A stretch of DNA of 64,000 bases from Octopus sinensis. Its lineage: Eukaryota. Positions 50,960 through 64,000 of the stretch are shown piece after piece; position 1 is the first letter of the stretch, and each line of letters starts with the position of its first letter. The position numbers and the translations under genes were made by a program. The notes beneath the pieces were generated by a model. It saw nothing but the letters and a program-made list of their open reading frames with translations, made no database searches and was not told the origin of the DNA. The stretch covers positions 1 to 64,000 of the forward strand of contig NW_021833791.1 of the NCBI RefSeq assembly GCF_006345805.1, read 5' to 3'.

Positions 50960-51177
50960 TACTTGTTTCAGTCATTTGACTGCGGCCATGCTGGAGCACC
51001 GCCTTTTAGAGTGGTGAAAGAGTACAGCAGGGATCACCACCATCCCCTACCGGAGCCTCATGGAGCTTTTAGGTGTTTTCGCTCAATAAACACACACAAC
51101 ACCCGGTCTGGGAATCGAAACCGCGATCCTACGACCGCAAGTCCGCTGCCCTAACCACTGGGCCATTGCGCCTCCAC
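50928..51177 (-). mobile_element. tRNA-derived SINE with a different head fused to the common 3' tail, followed by an A-run
   Basis: Head TGGCCCAGTGGTTAGGGCAGCGGACTTGCGGTC..GGTTTCGATTCCC. Tail GGCGGTGCTCCAGCATGGCCGCAGTC. T-run on the plus strand at 50928-50958. Confidence 0.75.
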
Positions 51178-52221
51178 ATGTATATGTATCTGTATGCCTT
51201 ATTTTTATACTATTACACCTACTTATATGAGTACACACTTTTTCTTGTATATTATATTTAATTCCGTCTATGCATTATCATTATCTTATTATACTGCTTC
51301 TGATTCATTACTTCCAATTAATAGAAAGTATGTATATCTTTCCAGATATTCCACATGTAAGTGGCTTGAGAGGTCTTTATAGAGACCACAGAATAATTAA
51401 TTAATTAATTAAGTAAAGAAGAGGTATTAAATTAATTCTACATAATAGTAATCTTCCTTTTAATATTTAAATTGATCTATATACACTTTTAGCTAATTTA
51501 GCTATGATATCACATTCGTGAATTTTTTAAACTTTATTTTATTTTCATATAATATAACAATATTGTTTATAAACGTTCTCCCATTGAACCTCTAATATTT
51601 TCCTCAATCTCATTATAGCATTTTACGTTTCGTGGTGTTCCACCCTTTAACTGGTATCAACATCATGAATTATTGTCACCCCTACCCTACCTCTTTTATA
51701 GACAGCTACTTCTATCTAATTGACTCTTTCTAAAGTTTTGTTTCTTTTTTTCTTGAGAGTAAAGGGGTACCTGTGATAATATCTATGACCAGTAGCTAGC
51801 CATGAGTTGTGAACTCACTCTTGCTCTTTATCCTAAATGTACACAGTCTTCTAATCTTAGATTTTAGTTGATGATAAAGAGATAGATAAACTGGAAGTGA
51901 ATTATGACCCTATGACCACCACTGTGTTCCATACTGTTCTTAGAAATTGTAGTCTGTTCTCTTAGCGAATTCTTGCTACAATAGCGAATTCCCCTTGCTC
52001 TGTTAAAATATTTAAGAAAAATTATATTAATGTATATTGTCTGTTGAAGTTCTATATTTGTGCATAAAAATAGCAAAAAAATATTATTATTATTATTATT
52101 ATTATTTTCTATTATTATAGTTATTATTATTATTATTTATTATTATTATTATTTTATTATTATTATTATTATTATATTATTATTATTATTATTATTATTA
52201 TATTATTATTATTATTATTAT

Positions 52222-55930
<3,709 letters not shown>

Positions 55931-56266
55931 GAGTGAGAGAGCATTTCATGCCATCAAAGTGACACTGGGGTAAAATATACGAAGCCCAATATACCCATCA
56001 TGACTACCCGTCTGATAAAGGTACACCAGGCACATGCATCACAACCATATGTGCGCGACATGGTGATCTCATATCAAGATAAACAGCACATGACCTTGCA
56101 GGTGGGGCCCAGTTGGAATTTTCTTCAGGTTGAGTAGCCCATCCCGCTCAAACGGTCCCTGAATAAGGGTTGTTTAAGGATGTTGAAAGAACCACCTATG
56201 TTTCCAGAGGTGAACTATTCAAACCCCAAAGAATCCCTCTCAACACATGGCTATGATGCTCCCCCA
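55931..56266 (-). mobile_element. ~335-bp non-coding element inserted between two (TAA)n tracts (SINE-like)
   Basis: Bounded sharply by TTA tracts at 55821-55930 and 56267-56337. No convincing ORF. Strand is inferred. Confidence 0.5.
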
Positions 56267-56329
<63 letters not shown>

Positions 56330-56336
56330 GTTATTA

Positions 56337-57458
56337 GTATTGCCTTTGCACAGCTTCTAACGCTGGAAATGTATTACAGTGTCAGCTGTTCACTACCAGT
56401 GAACTAAGGTAACACTTCTTATTTTTCGAGGATCTTCCGGAGTTTTCGAGCGGTTGCAAGTAGTGCTGTTTTCTGCAAGTGCTCCACGCTGATTGCAGCC
56501 CCTATTTGTTCCACGTACTTCTTGAGATTTTTGCTCACTGATCCTAAGACTCCAACAACTATTGGTACTACTGTTACCTTTTTCATCGATCACAACTGCT
56601 TAACTTCCAAGCTAACCTGTCATATCTCTCAACTTTTCTTTCTTCCTTATCGCACACCTTGTTGTCAGCTGAGCATGCTATATCTATGATCCAGCATAGT
56701 TTGTTTTCTTTCTCAATTAAGACTGTGTCCGTCTTCCTATTCTCTATCTCCTGGTCGCACTGAATCATAAAATCCCATAGGATCTTTGCATTTCCATTTT
56801 CGACGATGCCTTCAGGTTTGTGGTCGTACCCATATTTTGCTCTGTCAAGTCCATACTTGTTGCAAAGTGTCCAATGGACAAGCCTGGCTATATTGTCGCG
56901 GCGTCTCTTATATTCCTTCTGGGTTAGTGGCGTACATTGGCTGATAATATGCCATACTGTTTCACCGTTTTGTCCACAGATTCTGCACTTATCACTTTCT
57001 GCTGTATTGTCTATTCTGTATTTTATGTAATTTGTTGTTAGTGCTTGTTCTTGGGCAACACAGATTAGAGCCTCCGTTTCCTATTTTAAATCACTTTTAT
57101 CGTTGCAATCCTTCATCCTGCACAAGCCTGACCTTCTTACTTCAAACAATAGCTCTTCTGTGGCATTTTTTACATACCATGCTATGTTGTTTTATTCTGA
57201 TCTAATGCTGTGTTCGCATCCAGTAAGTCCCTCTCTTTTTCTTGTTTCATACAGTCTCTCTGTGTCACCTTTTGAGTGGAGTGTCCCATATCTAGTTAGC
57301 AACTTCCTTGTCATTCTGTCTAAGCTGTTTAGTTCGTCTACTGTCCATGCAATTACCCCTGCTCCATGTCTGAGGAGTGAAACCACCCAGGTTTTGATAG
57401 CTTGAATCTTATTCCACCCATTTAATTTCGACTTAAGGATCAGTCTCAGTCTGCGCAT
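56337..57458 (-). mobile_element. Degraded R4/Dong element of a third subfamily (element C)
   Basis: IQAIKTWVVSLLRHGAG, ILWDFMIQCD..CWIIDIAC..KVERY and LQKTALLATARKLRKILEK*. 3' end abuts (TAA)n. Confidence 0.8.
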
Positions 57459-57616
57459 TATAATTATAGTTATCATTATTTTTTGAAGACGGCGAGCAAG
57501 CAGAATCGTTAGCACGCTGGATGAAGTGCTTAGCAATATTTCACCCATCGACTTAATCGCTTAGTCTGTCCTTGTTTGTCCCCTCTGTGTTTAGCCCCTT
57601 GTGGGTAGTAATATAT

Positions 57617-57649
<33 letters not shown>

Positions 57650-58030
57650 GTCATGTCACTTTCGAGTGCTACTGGTAACATGTAACCCTGTACAACTTGT
57701 TGCATGGTCGGGTCGTCGGCGACTAACCGGTAACCCCACCAAGCTTGCTTGTGAGGAGGGTGTTTATTGGACATTCTGCGGGATGAAAAACAAAACCCGT
57801 CAAAGGTGGAAGAACTCTTGAAAGTCAACGGCCATCCAATAATGTCTTAAGGCTGTATCATGCGCGGGGACATAGAAATAATCGGACTGAATACCCGATC
57901 GCGCGTTAAACCACTGGGAGTGAAGGACTCCTAGCCTTTGTGTTAGGGCATCCTTCTAGAGAAGGTAACTGAGGTAACTGGGATAACTCCGACATAAAAC
58001 GTGCGGCTCAGTGGTTACCGATGATGTTGA
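57650..58030 (+). mobile_element. RTE 5'UTR-like fragment
   Basis: GGGCATCCTTCTAGAGAAGGTAACT resembles RTE 5' sequences (recalled only). Confidence 0.35.
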
Positions 58031-58196
58031 CTTGTTTTTCTTTTCGGATTATGGCTTCTGTTGCTTAGTGAGTGTGATTGACTCAGTGCACAGCCTTTCC
58101 TCCCTAAAAAAAAATCTTCTTGCACAGCATTGCACGATAACAACAATGATTAAGCTTCGCGCAATGACCATACTCAATAACGAGGGGGCAACAACC

Positions 58197-58231
<35 letters not shown>

Positions 58232-58251
58232 CATACATTCATACATATGTA

Positions 58252-58299
<48 letters not shown>

Positions 58300-58351
58300 T
58301 GAAATGTTTTCTAAAAATATTTCCATAGTTTCAAATAGGTGTGACATTCTG

Positions 58352-58394
<43 letters not shown>

Positions 58395-58740
58395 CTCTCT
58401 CTCTCTCTCTATCTCTCATTTACTTCTGTGAAGGCTCGGCAGGTAGGCAGTAGCAGGTCTGAAGAAATATCTAAATATGAGGGATGTTGGTACTGAAGTT
58501 TTAAGCAGCATTGTTTAAGCAGTAGTAACTTTAGAAGGAGACGGCGAAGAAGAAGAAGCAGAAGAAGAAGAAGAAGAAGAAGAAGAAGAAGAAGAAGAAG
58601 GTGTAGGAAAAGAAGAGAAAGAAGGAGAAAAATACGGGAGGAGTATGATAGTAGCAGACTATTCGTAGTCTGTTATCATATCCACGAGAGAAATAGGAAA
58701 CTATATATATACATATATGTGTATATATATAAATATATAA

Positions 58741-58788
<48 letters not shown>

Positions 58789-58804
58789 ATATATATATAC
58801 ATAC

Positions 58805-58856
<52 letters not shown>

Positions 58857-58857
58857 T

Positions 58858-59340
58858 AGTAAAAAGTGAAAAAACTACAGAAGGCTTGTTTTAAAAGGTT
58901 AAAAAATATATATTTGAGTCAATATGTCTGAAGAATGTTATAAATTTTTTCATACAATGACATAGTTTTTGAAGAAATGACCGGTTTCGCGTTCAGCTTT
59001 TCAAATTTCTTACACAAATTTGACTAAACAAGGAACATTCTTCATTGAAAAATACAAGCCCAAACTTAACCATTCCAACATACTTATACAGAGAAATTCA
59101 CTCCAAAAGAAAGGCAATAAATTTTAAGCGATTATCTCCCTTACACCGGAAGAAATCACTTATTACCTCCCTTATCTGGAACTCTTCTCAACGTAAACAT
59201 AACGATGTAAGAAATTTGAAAAGCTGAACGCGAAACCGGTCATTTCTTCAAAATTTTATAACATTCTTCAGACATATTGACTCAAATATATTTTTTTTAA
59301 CCTTTTAAAACAAGCCTTCTGTAGTTTTTTCACTTTTACT
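58858..59340 (+). mobile_element. Penelope-like 3' end with an inverted partial LTR at its 5' side
   Basis: FIEKYKPKLN (59041-59070, GIY-YIG C-terminus). Arms 58858-59013 and 59207-59340 are inverted and contain GAAAC-CG-GTC. Confidence 0.7.
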
Positions 59341-59384
59341 TTTCTATATATTCAACCACGTGCTTTCAAACACCAACTTTCTCA

Positions 59385-59456
<72 letters not shown>

Positions 59457-62400
59457 GGTATGTGAATGTGTGTATGTATGTGAAAAATGTTAACAACTTT
59501 ATCAAAACAGTGGAAGAACTTCCTAAAGATAAGTTCGTGAAGACTATGTAGTTTTTATTTAAAAGAACAGAATATTTCCAGTATCTCTTAAGTGTGACAT
59601 TTTCGGCAAGGAGCTAAAAATAATGAATTACTTGTGTAGTTTCCAAACAGTCATTGAAAATAGAATCCTTAAGTAATTTCCTTTTCCCGTCTCTCGTATA
59701 GTTTCCAAAGCGTCACTTCTTTGCCAAACACATAATGATAAAAATATCAATATGTAAAAGGTGTCTTGTATTTTTATATCATTGGCTAAGGACCAACCAT
59801 GCTGGTAGAGGAATTGCAAGACAAGCAGCTTTATTCAAATAACTGTCGGAAGGTTTAGATACCAAATGTTTGAAATGAAAAGAATAATAATTCATTTAAT
59901 AATGATAATGAGATGATACTGCTCGTTTCTCTTTAGTGTTGATACAACAACGTTAGAGAAATTTATGTTTCAAGGTGCTGAAATGGCAAACGTCTTGGTC
60001 ATTATTTTATATAACAACAATATTTACATACAAGCTGTTAATTCTTTATTGTAGACCCAGTACAATATATGGATATACGTTAATTCATAAAGGAACCTTG
60101 CTGAAGTAACCAAAGATAATGAATATTCTTCAGAGCCAAAGGACCTTAAAGAGTCAGCTTTGAAGAATTAGAACATTATGATACAGTTATATTCTCATAG
60201 GATTCTGATCAATAGGTGCAAGATGAAATAAAGTGATCGTATTGTGATAAATACAGGAGGACTAGCGGACTTGAGGATAAGGAAATATTTCATTTGAAAA
60301 GGCGCCTTTGTGAGCGGCAGTTTCATCTTAAAAACATTAGCCACAAACAAATCAATAAATCTTTTTCAACCAGAATTCAAAAAATAAATCATGTTTGACC
60401 CAAGTTGCCGCAGTTCCAATCCAGGGCTTTTTAAATTACATCAATGAGTACAGCATACAACAAAATAGAGTATATTCCTTTTGTTGTCCATATTTTCTAG
60501 GAAAAAGCCCAAAATAGTAATAGCAAGCACTCATTAAAACAAGTTTTCTCGAACGGAAGTATGCATTGGGGTAAAATGTACCATTTGCATTAAACATCTT
60601 GATGTCAAACGAAACGAAAGTTTTGTCATCGATTAAGTACCTGATCAGAGAAACCTAAACTTCCATAGCATTTGGAGATCTCGGCGGCCAGGGAGAGCGT
60701 TGGAAACCGGGTGGAAATTAATAGAGGACCTTTCATCAATTTTCTCCGTGAGACCGTCATATTGAACTAGATTTTCTTAGAGCTCTGACACCGATTTTCG
60801 GCATAAAATGGTGGCAGAATGAGAGCCGCTCATATTCTTAATTACTAAATTCCGAGTTTCTGAACGCTGTTTGTCTCAAAGCCATAGCATATACATTTCA
60901 ACTGAACTTGGTCACCCTGAAGTCAGAATTCCACTATGCAAAGCGACTCATCGGGTGGAAGTGACACCTTTTGATCTCATTAACCGATTTACTTGAGATT
61001 TTGAATCTCTATACGGATTTCTCGTTCGAACAGATCGAACTGCAGCAAGAAGATGTAACACTGCCTGTAAGCACACGGTAGGCTATGAATGAATACTTGA
61101 ATACTTTCTGAAGCTATGGATAATCAAGTCTTATCTGAAGAATTCCCTGGTAGACAATAAACCGGATATTTAGCCCAATTATTATGAATAGATGATGCGA
61201 TGAAAACCTGAATTTTGAAGACGTCCTCTTTCGTTTTCCGACAAAACACCGAAAAGAGAATCACTTTTGTGTAGTTTGTATTTTCATAGGTAACTTTTTA
61301 TTTATTTGGTTTTTCAATCACATTCAGAAGTTGACTTTAAATTTGATTTATTAAATTAAAACTCAATTATTATTTATATAAATATCTGCCTGTGCTTAGA
61401 GCTTTTTTAACTAATCCGCCTGGATTGGGTCGCCACTGAAATTCAATCCTTGATTCCATTTCCCAACAGATATCAACACACAAATCTTCAAACTAATGAT
61501 TACCGTATCGATCACACCAATCCATAAAAACTTACAAACGCCATATCCCCGCCATCTCCCCTCTTCACTAAACTATGAAAAAAGAAAATAAAATCTGAAA
61601 CTTAACCAATGAAAACTAAATTGCAGTATTGCAATTTTTTTTCACTGCTATGTATAACCCTCCAGTAATCAAAAGATCTCACGGAGCTGTTGTATTTGTA
61701 ACGAACCGCTAGTGAATTACTTTTTTCCTGTTACTGATTTCGGATTTTTGTTTAACCTGTACCGACGTTATATGCCAAGAAGGTGCTGAAACGCAAAACT
61801 TCAATTTGGTTTTGTAATCCTTGATAAGATAGTTTAGATCAGTCAGCTTAAATAGTTTATGAGAGACCAGAGCTAAACTCAAATTAACAATCATGGTGTC
61901 TAGAATTTTTGGTGCTTCCCTACGTTCGAATGAACAGACATTGATTCCTATAATTTGTTTACCATATTCCTCAGAAAAGTTTTCGGTATTACCTTCATCA
62001 GTTTTTATTTCACACCATCGGAGCGTGAATTGCTCCTCACGAATGCAGTTGGTGAGATGGTTATGATCTATAAACAGTTTTGAGTCGGAGCCGGAAAAAA
62101 GATGCGTATGTGCACATTGAATTTGAAGAACAGATGAGTAGAATAAAAACGCAATGCAAATATCAATCAAGTTATATGATGGTCTGCATGCCACGTCTGG
62201 CGCCACTCTCACACACCTTTAATGCAATTTTTTGTTTCGTTTGAATTGCAAATCCTATCATTTCTCAAAAGAAATCAGCCAAGCGCAAGTCTTTTATTTG
62301 CTATATTATTTAGATGATGGATAAAATGTGTTGAAGATTCGGTTTAACTGTTTGTAGTATTTAGTTTAGACCCGTTACGTTTTGAGATTAAATAATGTCC

Positions 62401-62706
62401 AGGTTAACTTAATGTTTCATTCTTCAAAGGTCGATAAAATAATAACCAAGTGTTTCATTGGTACAAGGGTAAATTTAAAAATCTTATAAATCTTCAAATG
62501 TGTGAATGGATTTTTAAGAGAAGACTAATTTAAGACGAAAAACATTAGAAATAAAAATAAATTAACAAAAGAATTATCATAATTAAGTTGATTTTATTGA
62601 TAAAGAAACACACATTTTATCTGATATAATTATTATTAGCAAATGTGATCCGTTGAAGTCTTGCTCACATTTCATTGAGAAGTAAATAATTTTGGGGTGA
62701 ATTCCA

Positions 62707-62900
62707 TTAAAGGTCAAGTTTCTTTAGTTGGCACTTAGTGTTAGTATATGAAAAGGCGGTACATGTAGAAGATACCGTACATAAATGTGAACAATCCAAG
62801 ACCGATCGGGCATCCATTTGAGCCTCGGTTACAAGGTTGTGATATGGATTTGGTTTGAAGGAAAAAGTTGAATAAGCTGTCTGGCCATTAATTTCTTTTT
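62707..62900 (-). CDS. Terminal exon encoding a PAN/apple-like cysteine domain of a small, probably secreted protein
   Basis: Pyrimidine tract and TTGCAG acceptor (AG at 62901-62902, phase 1), then EKEINGQ..ARSVLDCSHLCTVSSTCTAFSYTNTKCQLKKLDL*, with C-x3-C-x5-C-x2-F-x-Y-x4-C spacing. Confidence 0.65.
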
Positions 62901-63324
62901 CTGCAATAGAAAAAATGGAAAGAGGAAACACAATAAATATAAAAGCATAAATTAAATTATTGCTCTAGTCAGACAAAGTACAAGGAAACGAATAGATATG
63001 GTCTATTGATTCGATAGATTGATGTTACTAATATTCCGTTTGGACATCTTTAGGTTAGTGTAAGTATGGAGTGAGTTCTTGGGTGTTGCATAATCTAGAA
63101 AGGGGGGATTTGGGATAATAATTGATGCGGGATCTGGCTGGTGAAATAGCATGTATGACGGAAGAATGAGAAGGGGTATGTAGCTGGTTATCTCGGAGGT
63201 AGAGTGGTTCTCGTATTACCAGCGAGATTTATTGAGGTATTTCTGTGCAAGTTAGTAACGAAGCGTGTTGTGTTTTTTAATGAAAACGGCGATTAATAAT
63301 AATTCATCTTCCAGATTTTAAATG

Positions 63325-64000
63325 TACAAAGTGGTATCAAACAATCCCCGGACTAGTTCTATAACGCGCTCACAGATAGCAGCACACGGTTAAGTGCGCA
63401 GTGAGAGCTACCAACGATAGTTATGAGACAGTGTGCTGAGTGACACCGCTGTATTTACTTATTGCAAGTTGTGAAATTTGTGATTTTGTCATCACGTGTA
63501 CGCTGTAGTCTGCGATGTCGTCATGGACAAGATGGTAGAACAAAAAGCCAACGTGAACTTTTGCATTAACCTTGGGATGTCTGTTACAGAGACATTGAAC
63601 ATGCTTCTGCAAGCTAAGGTTAACGAGGCAATTGGTTGTACGCAATATGTAGAGTGGCACGGGCTTTTCAAAAGCAGAACATCCCTGGAAGACGATGAGC
63701 GATTTGGAAGATCTGCGACGGGCGTCACTCCTCGGAGATGTGGAAAAAAATCCATCAGCTTCTGAATGAGGATCGTAGGTAGATAATCAACGACATTGCT
63801 GATGTTGTTGGTCTGTCGTATGGATTTGTGCAGACAATCTTAACGTCTGAATTGAACATGCGGCATGTCTCTACCAAGTTCTCCCCACTGTTGATGACTG
63901 AGCAGAAAAAACATCGCTCCGAATTTGTCAAGTTCTCCGTCAGCCTTGATGACCCATACTTCATGTTGAGGATCATCGCTGGTGATGAAAGTCGAGTCTA
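63325..64000 (+). mobile_element. Mariner transposon 5' part (degraded, runs off the window)
   Basis: EQKANVNFC..EWHGLFK..LEDDERFGR, LNEDRR..GLSYGFVQTILTSELNMRHVSTKF and IIAGDESRV. Confidence 0.85.

Noticed and set aside
59700-61300. Possible decayed intronless 7TM/GPCR gene on the minus strand
   Set aside because: Only scattered hydrophobic snippets were seen, with no continuous frame or diagnostic motif. TBLASTX would be needed.

Overview
Eukaryotic, AT-rich, microsatellite-dense DNA, most likely from an octopus (inferred from the SINE/LINE repertoire as I recall it; not database-checked). Most of it is transposon-derived: TAA-embedded R4/Dong-type RLE retrotransposons, RTE/BovB-like and HERO-like LINEs, Penelope-like pieces, tRNA-derived SINEs, and mariner and piggyBac remnants. 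Host-gene content is sparse: an intronless, disabled Zasp/ZM-motif retrocopy (5155-6279, -), a PAN/apple-like terminal exon (62707-62900, -) and two paralogous signal-peptide-like exons. Main highlights: (1) a candidate non-circularly permuted hammerhead ribozyme in a HERO-like 3'UTR (16434-16544); (2) several minimal Penelope-type hammerheads, including inverted pairs; (3) a tRNA-headed SINE carrying a hammerhead, whose internal (TAA)n has received two R4/Dong elements (40560-46692); (4) a second TAA 'train' with a rearranged, inverted-duplicated Dong copy (52060-57458). All family assignments come from motif reading and all RNA structures from pairing by eye; none is tested.
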